NCBI GenBank assembly: GCA_039189765.1 | Contig: JBCCYL010000021.1 | Span: forward strand, 1-64,000 | DNA: 64,000 nucleotides | Direction: 5' to 3' | DNA from: Cyanobacteria bacterium P01_F01_bin.150 | GTDB lineage: Bacteria > Cyanobacteriota > Cyanobacteriia > CAKZMO01 | In this document: piece after piece, positions 21,301 through 29,278 of the stretch | How positions within the stretch are numbered: the first letter of the stretch is position 1 | How the letters are laid out: the number at the start of each line of letters is the position of its first letter | The notes under the pieces: model-generated | Told to the model about the DNA's origin: nothing | Databases searched by the model: none | What the model saw: the letters and a program-made list of their open reading frames with translations, nothing else | Translations under genes and position numbers: made by a program

Positions 21301-24300
21301 TAGCCCTCTCTCTCAAAAGCAAGAACTAGATACAACAGAACCATCAATCGCCCCCCCGACCAAAGGCGAACTAAAGGGGAACTCCAGTCAATCCAAAATG
21401 CTACAAGATACCTACCTAATTACAGGGGGACTTGGCTCCTTGGGCCTAACGATTGCTCAGTGGTTGTTTGAACAGCATGGTATGACTCATCTCACTTTGG
21501 TGGGGCGACGGCAGCCATCAGAAGCGGCCCAGAAGGCGATCGCTCAGCTTCAAAACCAGGGCGCAACGATTCACACGGCTCAGGCTGATATTGCCCAATC
21601 CAATGAAGTTGCTAATTTGTTACAACAGCTCCAATCTCAGGGGCTAAATTTAAAGGGCATTATTCATGGAGCTGGAGTACTACAAGACGGTGTTCTCCAA
21701 AGTCAAACCTGGGACAATTTTGCGACAGTGCTAGCTCCCAAAGTCAATGGAGCCTGGAATCTACACCAGCTTACCCAGTCCTACGATTTAGACTGCTTTG
21801 TACTATTTTCTTCGGTGGCATCTTTGCTTGGCTCCCCTGGTCAAGGCAACTATGCCGCAGCAAATGGGTTTATGGATACCCTGGCCCAATATCGGCAACA
21901 TCAAGGTCTACCTGCGCTTAGCATTAATTGGGGTCCCTGGGCGCAAGGGGGGATGGCAAGCAGCGTTGGTGATGCCTTGCAGGAGCGGTTAACCCGTAAT
22001 GGTTTTAACCTCCTGGAACCTGAACAAGCCCTAACGACTTTATCCAATCTTATGTTTGGCGATCCCCAGTCATCATTACCAGCCCAAGTGGGTGTTGCAG
22101 ATATTGATTGGACCCAGATGGGTAAGCGGTTAACGACCGCTCAGCGGACATTTTTATCTCCAGTTTTGGAGAATCGGAATCGCTCCTTTGAATCAATAGT
22201 TGATTCAACTATTGATGGGACATCGTCAATGGGTGTCTCTCGCCTCATTGATACGGTGTTGGCAGTGGCAGTAGGCGATCGCTCCACCTTTTTTGCTACC
22301 TACCTCCAGCAGCAAATCAGCCAAGTCCTCCAGCTACCAGAAAATACCCTATCTGGCGACAGCAATCTAATGGACGTGGGCATGGACTCTTTGATGGTTA
22401 TGGAATCCATCAATCAACTACGGCAAGACTTTAGCCTGATGCTCTATCCTCGGGAGTTTTACGAACATCCCACCATTGGGACACTATCGGCCTATTTAGC
22501 CCAAGAGTTTAATCGGATGTACTCAGAGGATTCTTTCCAAACCCCTGAGTCCACTAAGGGCTTACCCCTGGTTATCCCTACTCTCCAAGGCATCAGCGAT
22601 GCAGTAACCCTACACCAAGTTAAGCGGCTCCCTCCCGCCGTGTTTATTCTTTCCAGCCCCCGCTCTGGCTCTACGCTGCTGCGGGTGATGTTGGCAGGCC
22701 ACTCTCGCCTATTTGCCGCGCCCGAACTGCACCTGCTGCCCTTTGACCGGATGGCAGAACGGCAAGAACAATTGGGAGAGTCCCACCTTAGTGAGGGGCT
22801 AGAGCGATCACTGATGGACCTTAACCGTTGGGATAGCGAGACTAGCCGCATCCATGTTCAGCAGTGGCTCGACCAAAATGCCCCTACAGCAGACGTATAT
22901 GCAGCCATCCAAAGCATGGCCCAAGGACGCACCTTGGTCGATAAATCACCTACCTACGCCATGCATCGTGCCACATTGGATCGGGCTGAAGCCATTTTCC
23001 AAAATGCCAAATATATCCATCTGGTCCGTCACCCTTACTCGGTGATGGAATCTTTCGCGAGGATGCGAATGGATAAATTGTTGGGGATTCCCGCAACCAA
23101 TCCCTATGGTCTGGCCGAGCGAATTTGGAGCCAAAGCAACCAAAATATCCTTGATTTTGCTAGCACTATTGATGCCAATCGCCTCCATTTGCTCCAGTAC
23201 GAAGACTTGGTACGGGATCCTGCTGCTACCCTAAAGCAGCTATGTCAATTTCTGGGAATTGACTTGGAGGACTCACTGCTCAATCCCTATGAAGGCGATC
23301 GCATGACCGACGGAGTTTATGAAAAATCCCTGTCCTTGGGCGATCCCAACTTCTTACTTCATCAAAAAATAGATTCATCTTTAGCAGACGCATGGAAAAC
23401 AATTGATTTACCCCATCGGTTAGGCGAGCAGGGACAGGCGATCGCCCAAACCTTCCGCTATAAGCTACCTCAAGACAGCCTTACTACTAACCATAGTCTT
23501 GCTAGTGATAGTCTTGCTAACGAGACATTCCAAGACTCGCAAAACCTTACTGTCCAAAAAGATGATGCGTTGGGTTTCCTCGTGTCAACCCAACCTACGT
23601 CCGCGATATCTGCCGAGTTACTGGAGGCGCTCGCACCCACTGAGCACACTGTCACGCTCAACGGTCTGACTCATAAAATTTGTATTTGGGGTGATCAGGA
23701 TGCACCTCCGGTTGTTTGTATTCACGGCGTCTTAGACCAAGGCTATATCTGGCACCCTGTCGCTCAATCGTTAGTCCAGCAAGGATATCGAGTCATTGCC
23801 CCTGATTTACGCGGCCACGGCCAGTCCTCCCATGTCGGTCCCGGCGGCTCCTATCATCTCCTAGATTTTCTCTCCGATATTGACGCCGTTATTGATTGGT
23901 TATACCCTACTTTGAAGGCAGAAGGTAGAAGGCAGAAGGCTGAAATAAAGGCAGAAGACGGAACTCCCCAACTCCCCAACTCCCCAACTCCCCAACTCCC
24001 CAACTCCCTAACTCTCGTGGGTCACTCCATGGGGTCAATTATTGCAGCGCTATATGCTAGTAGCCGAACGGAGCGGGTGCGATCGCTCGTTATGGTGGAA
24101 ACAATTTTGCCTGCGGAAAAACGAGCTGAAGTTCGGGATCAGCTCACGACCTTACTTGATGCCCATTCCCAGACTCCAGACCATCCTATTTTTCCCGATA
24201 TTGAAACGGCAGCTCGACGGTTACGGCAAGGTACACCATCATTGCCGGAGGACTTTTCAATGGCCTTGGCTGATCGCATCTGTAAAGCAGCAGACGGAAA

Positions 24301-24583
24301 AGACGGCATTCAATGGGCCTGGGATCCTAAGTTGCGCAACCGCACTGGCATTGGCTTTAGCCGTATGCCGTTTGGTCGGTCCGATTACCTAAAATTACTC
24401 AGTGAGCTGTCCGTACCTGTGACCCTAGTGTATGGCGATCGCAGCACCTTTAACCGCCCCGCAGATCTGGAGGCTCAGGCCAATGCCCTATCCCAAGCCC
24501 AACGGGTTGTACTGTCTGGTGGTCACAATATCCATATCGATGCGTTTTTAGATTTGGGTAAACTTATTGGAACTCAATTCTAA
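15395..24583 (+). CDS. ols: Olefin synthase, type I PKS FAAL-ACP-KS-AT-KR-ACP-sulfotransferase-thioesterase
   Basis: FAAL YTSGSTGLPKG; ACP GLDSI; KS DTACSSS, HGTGT, NIGHLE; AT GHSVG/HAFHS (malonyl type); KR GGLGSLG, YAAAN; ACP GMDSL; ST SSPRSGSTLLR; TE GHSMG and GGHNIH. This is the CurM-like ST-TE architecture. Confidence 0.92.
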   Translation: MHEFSTLVELLRYRAQHDPHKTVFTFLRDGEIEAEVLTYLELDRRARAIAAKLQSIGAEGQRALLLYSPNLTFITAFLGCLYAKVLAVPAYPPRPNATMKRLRSMMTDAGATVALTTQQLLGNFGKLLDNNPDFANLNWVTTEGLTQEPTIDGWASSWKPSSISPNALAFLQYTSGSTGLPKGVMVSHGNLIHNAKAIQERFNDTSRSLVVSWLPPYHDMGLIGGILQPVYFNMPGVLMAPVSFLQRPFRWLQAISSYRGTTSGGPNFAYDLCLRQVTPEQRDTLDLSNWSLAFSGAEPVRAETIRQFTEYFGPCGFRPEAFYPCYGMAEATLFVSGCDRTQTPTCTIVDGAALEQNTVVPSEPDSQQAAIQAAIRADNEEGIDRRQLVGCGIPSTSQHIRIVDPSTLEPCPDLAVGEIWVSGPNVAQGYWNRPQQTAETFQAKILATGEGPFLRTGDLGFIKDEELYVTGRLKDLIVIRGLNHYPQDIEATVGEAHEQIRSGQGAAFSVDVKNEDGVREERLVIVQEVKRTALRRLKTGEIVTAIRQAVSQHHALQTYAVVLLKTGNVPKTSSGKIQRHACKRGFLDNSLKVVGQWREGELKAEGRRQKAEGVGEIPSKIQNLKSKIQNPLNDALRLSINTSNEARRRLRIPQAGAIASIQTWLINQVARMLKVTPDMIDIHEPLARYGLDSIAAVRLSGALEDWLGRSLSPTLAYDYPSIAALSKYLSAEPDALATEAELVRQSSQYKRRISDEAIAIVGMGCRFPGANNPEEFWQLLREGRDAITVLDEGDRWSGHRSAKVGGFLSQRVDEFDPQFFGISPREANRMDPQQRLLLEVSWEALEQAGIAPTHLAGTSTGVFVGISSSDYSHLQAREMTTDPYSGTGNAHSIAANRLSYVLDLRGPSLTVDTACSSSLVALHNATRSLQNGECDQAIAAGVNLILSPDLTLTFADAGMLAADGRCKTFSAAADGYVRGEGCGVVILKRLSDAQRDGDSVLAVVKGAAVNQDGRSNGLTAPNGLAQQAVIQAALQRADVSAIDIQYVDAHGTGTVLGDPIELNALKAVLSQGRESNQRCWIGSVKTNIGHLEAAAGMASLIKVILALQHSELPPHLHVQELNPHVSWEDGPLTVVSNRQEWSRLDSPRLAGISSFGFGGTNAHVIVSEGPVANNSDKHDADSAKENSQTAGLRALTQPPPLSASHYLLTLSAKTPNALADLTQSYSDFLNRYPDESLANICATAHLGRSHFPHRLAIIAQSNDDLGKQLQLYKKQEPSGTRISNEINPGGALSKLAFLFTGQGSQYPNMGYDLYQSQPVFRRVIDECDRILQTHLEYPLLHVLYPEERRKKSHERPLPEGLIHQTRYTQPILFAVEYALAELWQSWGIYPDVVMGHSVGEYVAACVAGILSLEDGLRLIAARSRLMQNLPANGAMVAVFTSAQQVTSIIEAYAQTNGSVAVDIAAVNGPENTVISGEKGAIATVTNVFKAQGITTKPLNVSHAFHSSLMAPILSSFEAISQTITFHPPQLPIVSNVTGTLYASSTEETTLETGTNNGSANPMCSHTYWSRHIRQAVQFAPSMETLFKSGYSTFLEVGPKPTLLTMAQRCQVKAEGRRQKAESSANSPTPQLPNSPTPQLPNSPNQWLHSLRPNQPDWSVLLKTAAQLYTSGHPLNWNGIAAGQSVQRIHHLPTYPWQKQRFWFAPQWDVQPWDVQPLTNGLTSSEQASVASSSDLLYGLEWRSQPRQANAAKLDRSGTWIIATMDGQPSALAAQIAHRLDEQGQKQLTVEIGDRPAEALADHLGTIEGNIDRVLLVASDNANKNSPNLFQPCQAALTLVQSLVQLSQGDRQSLRNSDPYPNLWIITQNSVLIDDPSSQGLLNSNEVTPEAELSGITLAQSTLWGLGKVVALEHPDLWGGLLDVEVSHNQPPSVEDKVITAIIDDCSDSDGESAIAFHHNQRYVQRLTSLSPLSQKQELDTTEPSIAPPTKGELKGNSSQSKMLQDTYLITGGLGSLGLTIAQWLFEQHGMTHLTLVGRRQPSEAAQKAIAQLQNQGATIHTAQADIAQSNEVANLLQQLQSQGLNLKGIIHGAGVLQDGVLQSQTWDNFATVLAPKVNGAWNLHQLTQSYDLDCFVLFSSVASLLGSPGQGNYAAANGFMDTLAQYRQHQGLPALSINWGPWAQGGMASSVGDALQERLTRNGFNLLEPEQALTTLSNLMFGDPQSSLPAQVGVADIDWTQMGKRLTTAQRTFLSPVLENRNRSFESIVDSTIDGTSSMGVSRLIDTVLAVAVGDRSTFFATYLQQQISQVLQLPENTLSGDSNLMDVGMDSLMVMESINQLRQDFSLMLYPREFYEHPTIGTLSAYLAQEFNRMYSEDSFQTPESTKGLPLVIPTLQGISDAVTLHQVKRLPPAVFILSSPRSGSTLLRVMLAGHSRLFAAPELHLLPFDRMAERQEQLGESHLSEGLERSLMDLNRWDSETSRIHVQQWLDQNAPTADVYAAIQSMAQGRTLVDKSPTYAMHRATLDRAEAIFQNAKYIHLVRHPYSVMESFARMRMDKLLGIPATNPYGLAERIWSQSNQNILDFASTIDANRLHLLQYEDLVRDPAATLKQLCQFLGIDLEDSLLNPYEGDRMTDGVYEKSLSLGDPNFLLHQKIDSSLADAWKTIDLPHRLGEQGQAIAQTFRYKLPQDSLTTNHSLASDSLANETFQDSQNLTVQKDDALGFLVSTQPTSAISAELLEALAPTEHTVTLNGLTHKICIWGDQDAPPVVCIHGVLDQGYIWHPVAQSLVQQGYRVIAPDLRGHGQSSHVGPGGSYHLLDFLSDIDAVIDWLYPTLKAEGRRQKAEIKAEDGTPQLPNSPTPQLPNSLTLVGHSMGSIIAALYASSRTERVRSLVMVETILPAEKRAEVRDQLTTLLDAHSQTPDHPIFPDIETAARRLRQGTPSLPEDFSMALADRICKAADGKDGIQWAWDPKLRNRTGIGFSRMPFGRSDYLKLLSELSVPVTLVYGDRSTFNRPADLEAQANALSQAQRVVLSGGHNIHIDAFLDLGKLIGTQF
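17201..17286 (+). repeat. In-frame STRR repeats inside ols: (AAGGCAG)4+ and (TCCAAAA)5
   Basis: Encode KAEGRRQKAEG and SKIQNLKSKIQN in the FAAL-ACP linker. Confidence 0.9.
20228..20324 (+). repeat. In-frame STRR repeats inside ols: (AAGGCAG)4 + (CCAACTCC)7
   Basis: Encode KAEGRRQKAE...NSPTPQLPNSPTPQLPNSP at the end of the AT domain. Confidence 0.9.
23915..24008 (+). repeat. In-frame STRR repeats inside the ols TE domain
   Basis: Encode KAEGRRQKAEIKAEDGTPQLPNSPTPQLPNS just before LTLVGHSMG. Confidence 0.9.
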
Positions 24584-24723
24584 TCTTCTATCTCTCAGTA
24601 GTACTTTTGAAATATGATGGAACATGCAGAACAGGCACATTTATGGGTACATCCATTAAATTGATGTCTGCAATGCTGCCATTAAACTACATTTAGGTTG
24701 TTAAGCTCCTGATAGGATTCGCC

Positions 24724-25509
24724 ATGTCCCATGACATCACAATAAAAATTGTTTTATCTGGGACAGACATGCAGCCTGGAAATATTCGATCGAAAGAAAT
24801 TGCAGAAGTCATTGAATCTATAGAGGATGCCATCGCTGCAACCGTTATCAGCAAAAATCCAGAGTTTAGAAAAGAAGACATTCGGATCGGCTTAAAGCGC
24901 ATTCATGAAGGCAGCATTGACCTAGAATTTTCTCCAAACCGATTAGAGCTGACATTACCTGCAACCCAAAAGATCGCTAAATCAATTAGAGATAATAACT
25001 TTAGTGATATTCCCCACGCTTCCATCAGCTCTCTTAAAAAAATATCTGCTTTTACCCGTCGCCATCAGTGCAATGCTGAATTGGCTACCTGCAACGGCAT
25101 GATAGAATCTCTAGCGATTTTAACTCCAGACACGGAAATCCCTGATACTCATTCAATTTCAGGAGAAACAACCCTATATGGGGAGATTATGCGCGTTGGA
25201 GGAGCCGAGCCTAAAATTCAGTTTAGAACATTATCAGGGCAAATAATTTACTGTAGTGCTTCCAAGGACGTAGTTAAACGCGCAGGTATGAAGCTTTACA
25301 CAGAAGTAGGGTTAAATGGTACGGCGGCATGGAACTCAGAAACACTAGAAATTGACACATTTCATGTGACGGGGATATCTGACTACCAAGAGGGTTCTCT
25401 AGTGGAAGCATTTGAGGCTTTCAGAGCTACAGTCCAAGATTCTTTTGACCATGTCGAAGATGTAGACCAACTTGTTCGTAAGACGCGTTATGCCAGCCCT
25501 GAGGTCTAG
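24724..25509 (+). CDS. Hypothetical protein (261 aa), partner of the PIN gene
   Basis: Long ORF whose stop abuts the next ATG; beta-rich C-terminal half (GETTLYGEIMRVGG). Confidence 0.75.
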   Translation: MSHDITIKIVLSGTDMQPGNIRSKEIAEVIESIEDAIAATVISKNPEFRKEDIRIGLKRIHEGSIDLEFSPNRLELTLPATQKIAKSIRDNNFSDIPHASISSLKKISAFTRRHQCNAELATCNGMIESLAILTPDTEIPDTHSISGETTLYGEIMRVGGAEPKIQFRTLSGQIIYCSASKDVVKRAGMKLYTEVGLNGTAAWNSETLEIDTFHVTGISDYQEGSLVEAFEAFRATVQDSFDHVEDVDQLVRKTRYASPEV

Positions 25510-25998
25510 ATGAATTTAGTTTGTTTTGATACGCAGATATTAATTTGGGGTGTAAAACAGCAAGCAACTCCTGGACAAGAAGCCAATATTGAAAAGGCAA
25601 GGCACCTTATCCAAATGTGTGATGAAAATAATATAAGAGTTATTGTTCCTTCTATTGTGGTTGCCGAACTTTTGTGTAATTTGCCTAAAAAAATTCATAA
25701 TGATTTTAGACAACTAATGCAAAATCGGTTCATTGTTTCACCATTCGATACGCAGGCAGCACTTCATTTTGCCAACATGTGGCAGAGTAGATCTACAAAT
25801 CGGGGCGGAATATCCCGTTCAGAAATGAAAGCTGATTTTATGATTATTGCAATTGCGTTAGCGCACAAAGCTGAATGTATTTATAGCGAAGATGATGGCC
25901 TAACTAAGTTTGCCAAAGACTACATTTTGGTTAAGCCGTTGCCCATAGTGACCAAACAGCTTCCCATCAAAAATTTTGACCAAGGTCTTACTGACTAA
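25510..25998 (+). CDS. PIN-domain (VapC-like) ribonuclease
   Basis: VCFDTQILIW, PSIVVAELL, KADFMIIAIA, IYSEDD acidic PIN motifs. Confidence 0.8.
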   Translation: MNLVCFDTQILIWGVKQQATPGQEANIEKARHLIQMCDENNIRVIVPSIVVAELLCNLPKKIHNDFRQLMQNRFIVSPFDTQAALHFANMWQSRSTNRGGISRSEMKADFMIIAIALAHKAECIYSEDDGLTKFAKDYILVKPLPIVTKQLPIKNFDQGLTD

Positions 25999-26159
25999 AT
26001 GTATTTAATCATACTAAAAAAAGTTAAGGACGGAAACTAAAGAGCGATGCATCCTCGTTTCCAGCTCTAAAGCACAACCCAGATAGGACGATAAGGGATA
26101 AAGCCAGAACAGACGCGAACGCCCCAGCAAAGGAGGCGATCGCCCTTTCCCACGACGCT

Positions 26160-27299
26160 CTATTTTTTGCGGCTACTGACCTTCTTACTGCCATTCTTAG
26201 CAGCACCTACAGGCTCGGGAACTACCTTTAAGTCAGCAGTATTTTGAAGAGGGGTAATGCTATCGTCACCTGCTTCTGAACCTTCAACAGCTTCTTCATC
26301 TAGCTTTAGAATAGCCCGCACCTTTTTCTGAATTTCTTGGGCAAATTCAGGGTTTTCTTTCATATATGTGACTGTGTTATCGCGACCCTGGGCTAGGTTA
26401 TCACCGTCATAGCTGTACCAAGCGCCACGGCGGGTAATAATATCGTTCTCCTCTGCCAGGTCTAACAAACAGCCCAAGGTAGAAATCCCTTCGCCAAAAA
26501 TTACATCAAACTCAGCAATCCGAAATGGAGGAGCCACCTTATTTTTGGCTACTTTCACCTTGGCTCGGATTCCATATTCTTCAGTTCCCTTTTTCAGAGT
26601 CTGAATCCGACGGATATCCATACGCACTGAGGCATAGAATTTTAACGCCTGACCACCCGTTGTTACCTCCGGGTTACCGTAGGAAATGCCGATTTTTTGA
26701 CGAAGCTGATTAAGAAAAATCACGCTACAGCCAGTGCGACCAATATTGCCGGTGATTTTCCTCAATGCTTGACTCATTAGACGGGCTTGCAGACCCACAT
26801 GGGTATCGCCCATCTCTCCCTCAATTTCTGCCCGAGGCGTCAATGCCGCAACGGAGTCAACGACCACCAGATCGATGGCGTTGGAGCGGATAAGCTGATC
26901 AACAATTTCTAACCCTGCTTCCCCGGTATCAGGCTGAGAAACGAGAAGATTATCAATATCAACGCCTAAATTGCCTGCATAAATCGGGTCAAGGGCATGT
27001 TCAGCATCAACAAACGCTGCAATACCTCCCTCCTTTTGAACTTCAGCGATCGCATGGAGCGCCACAGTCGTTTTCCCAGAACTCTCGGGACCATAAATCT
27101 CAATGACTCGGCCCTTTGGGATCCCACCTCCTAAGGCTAGGTCTAAGGTCAAAGCGCCCGTAGAGATCGTTTCAACTTTCATCTTGGCAGCATCACCAAG
27201 GCGCATAATGGTTCCTTTCCCAAAGCTACGATCAATTTGGGTTAGGACCATGTCCAACGCTTTTTGCTTTTCAGACGCTTCATTCGTTGCTTTCGCCAT
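26160..27299 (-). CDS. recA: Recombinase RecA
   Basis: [35 protein letters not shown]. Confidence 0.98.
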   Translation of the reverse strand: MAKATNEASEKQKALDMVLTQIDRSFGKGTIMRLGDAAKMKVETISTGALTLDLALGGGIPKGRVIEIYGPESSGKTTVALHAIAEVQKEGGIAAFVDAEHALDPIYAGNLGVDIDNLLVSQPDTGEAGLEIVDQLIRSNAIDLVVVDSVAALTPRAEIEGEMGDTHVGLQARLMSQALRKITGNIGRTGCSVIFLNQLRQKIGISYGNPEVTTGGQALKFYASVRMDIRRIQTLKKGTEEYGIRAKVKVAKNKVAPPFRIAEFDVIFGEGISTLGCLLDLAEENDIITRRGAWYSYDGDNLAQGRDNTVTYMKENPEFAQEIQKKVRAILKLDEEAVEGSEAGDDSITPLQNTADLKVVPEPVGAAKNGSKKVSSRKK

Positions 27300-27427
27300 G
27301 AGTACCTCAGAACAATAATAGTGATGACAAATGATGAGCTAGTCGCTGGAACGCTAAATCTTTCTGGAGTATCAAAAGTATGCCCATGGACTAGGAGTAA
27401 TTCCCATCAAGCCGCAGCCGTCTTTTG

Positions 27428-27441
27428 AATACAAATATACT
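27428..27441. promoter_or_regulatory. Putative cyanobacterial LexA box in the recA/xseA divergent promoter
   Basis: Minus strand AGTATATTTGTATT versus consensus AGTACWNWTGTACT (2 mismatches). Confidence 0.5.
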
Positions 27442-27509
27442 AAACTATTGTATATAATATTCAGATTGTTACGGTAAATTAATCAAAAAATGATTCTGGC
27501 CCGAAATTA

Positions 27510-28763
27510 ATGTCTACTACCTTACCCCATCTAATTGTTCATGACGCCCCATTATCAGTGGCGGGGGTGACGCTCTACATTCAGGACCTGCTAGAACAGG
27601 ATAATCGTTTACAGCAGATATGGGTTGCCGGGGAAGTTTCCAGTGCCAATCAATATCGTAGTGGCCTGTTCTTTACCTTGCAAGACCCAGATGCGGATGC
27701 AGCAATCAACTGTGTGCTGTGGAATAGCCAGTTAGCTCAGATTGCGACAATGCCGATAGTGGGAGAGAAGGTAATCGTCTTGGGGCGTTTACGTCTTCAT
27801 CGTAAACGAGGCACGTATCAGCTCAATATTTGGCAGGTGTTGCCTGGCGGAGAAGGCTTACGGTCCTTGCGGAATCGTCAGTTACGCCAGAGGCTAGAGG
27901 CGGAAGGACTCTTTGATTCAGCACGCAAGCGATCGCTTCCATCCCATCCCCAAACTCTGGCCGTAGTCACGTCTCCTCAAGCCGCCGCATGGGGAGATAT
28001 TCAGCGAACCTTAAAACGGCGTTATCCTGGCCTCACTGTCTTATTTTCCCCAGCCCTAGTCCAAGGGAATCAAGCTCCAAAGTCAATTATCAAAGCGATC
28101 CAGCGAGTGGAACGCGATGGTCGAGCACAGATTCTAATTATTTCCCGAGGGGGCGGCGCTACTGAAGATATGGAGTGTTTTAATGATGAGAGAGTAGTGA
28201 GGGCAATCTCCGAATGTTCGATTCCTGTAATCTCAGGTATTGGCCATCAAAGAGATGAATCTCTAGCGGATTTGGTCGCCGATTTACATGTTCACACCCC
28301 CACCGCTGCTGCCGAACGTGCAGTCCCGTTATTATCAGATTTGATTCATAATCATCAGGAACGTCGATTAGCCCTGGCCCAAGCCCTCCACTGCCACGTT
28401 CGAGAGACGCAAGATTATTTGCACCATCTCCAAGATCGACTACGGCGATCGCGAGTTGATGAAAAAGTATCCCATTCTATTCAAGATCTCCAATGGAAAA
28501 AGCAGCGGCTAACCCACGCCCTGTATCAGCACTTAGACCAGGCAGAACACCATTGTCAGCTATTGCACCAGCAGCTTAGCGACTTAGACCCCACGACTAT
28601 CCTGCAAAGAGGCTATGCTCTGGCCCGCCAACCTGATGGCAACATTGTTCGCTCAGTCCAGACCGTTTATCCAAACGATCAACTCCATATTCAACTTGCC
28701 GATGGCGAGATGAGCGTCACCGTTGACCGGGTCATGAACAATGCCGATATTGGCGAAAGCTAG
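27510..28763 (+). CDS. xseA: Exodeoxyribonuclease VII large subunit
   Basis: WVAGEVS, LEAEGLFD, SRGGG, SGIGHQRD, TPTAAAE, LQRGYAL. Confidence 0.95.
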   Translation: MSTTLPHLIVHDAPLSVAGVTLYIQDLLEQDNRLQQIWVAGEVSSANQYRSGLFFTLQDPDADAAINCVLWNSQLAQIATMPIVGEKVIVLGRLRLHRKRGTYQLNIWQVLPGGEGLRSLRNRQLRQRLEAEGLFDSARKRSLPSHPQTLAVVTSPQAAAWGDIQRTLKRRYPGLTVLFSPALVQGNQAPKSIIKAIQRVERDGRAQILIISRGGGATEDMECFNDERVVRAISECSIPVISGIGHQRDESLADLVADLHVHTPTAAAERAVPLLSDLIHNHQERRLALAQALHCHVRETQDYLHHLQDRLRRSRVDEKVSHSIQDLQWKKQRLTHALYQHLDQAEHHCQLLHQQLSDLDPTTILQRGYALARQPDGNIVRSVQTVYPNDQLHIQLADGEMSVTVDRVMNNADIGES

Positions 28764-28907
28764 AATTTGAAAGTTTTTTTAGGAATTGAGAATTCCATAA
28801 CCCCTTTATTGATATGTCTGCTCTCTTGAGCGTCTATGTGGTAAATCTTCAGCGTTCGTTTAATTAAATTTTGTTTTTATCCTCTTCTTTATTGGAGCAT
28901 CAATTTT

Positions 28908-29135
28908 ATGGATCACCTATCTAAAGAACTTAAGGAATGGAAATATGAGTCGGCTGTTGAAACAGTAGAAGACATTATCAAAAATATTGAATCAGGCGAT
29001 ATGGAGTTGGCGGCAATTTTTGATCAATTTGCGATCGCAGTTGAACATCTGCAGGCCTGTGAAACTTTCTTGAAGCATCATCGCCAACAGGTAGATCTCC
29101 TAGTTGAGACATTAACAGATGAAGCGAACTTTTAG
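28908..29135 (+). CDS. xseB: Exodeoxyribonuclease VII small subunit
   Basis: YESAVETVEDIIKNIESGDMEL; 75 aa, downstream of xseA. Confidence 0.9.
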   Translation: MDHLSKELKEWKYESAVETVEDIIKNIESGDMELAAIFDQFAIAVEHLQACETFLKHHRQQVDLLVETLTDEANF

Positions 29136-29278
29136 CGGTTTTTTGGGGGCTAAAAGCACATGCAGCTTAGATAACTAGTCTATGATTCTGTCATATTGCG
29201 CAATGAAACAGATAATGGTTGTAATACGAAGCATCAACCTAAAGCTGCTACTCGCACTTTGACATCCACCCCGATGGG

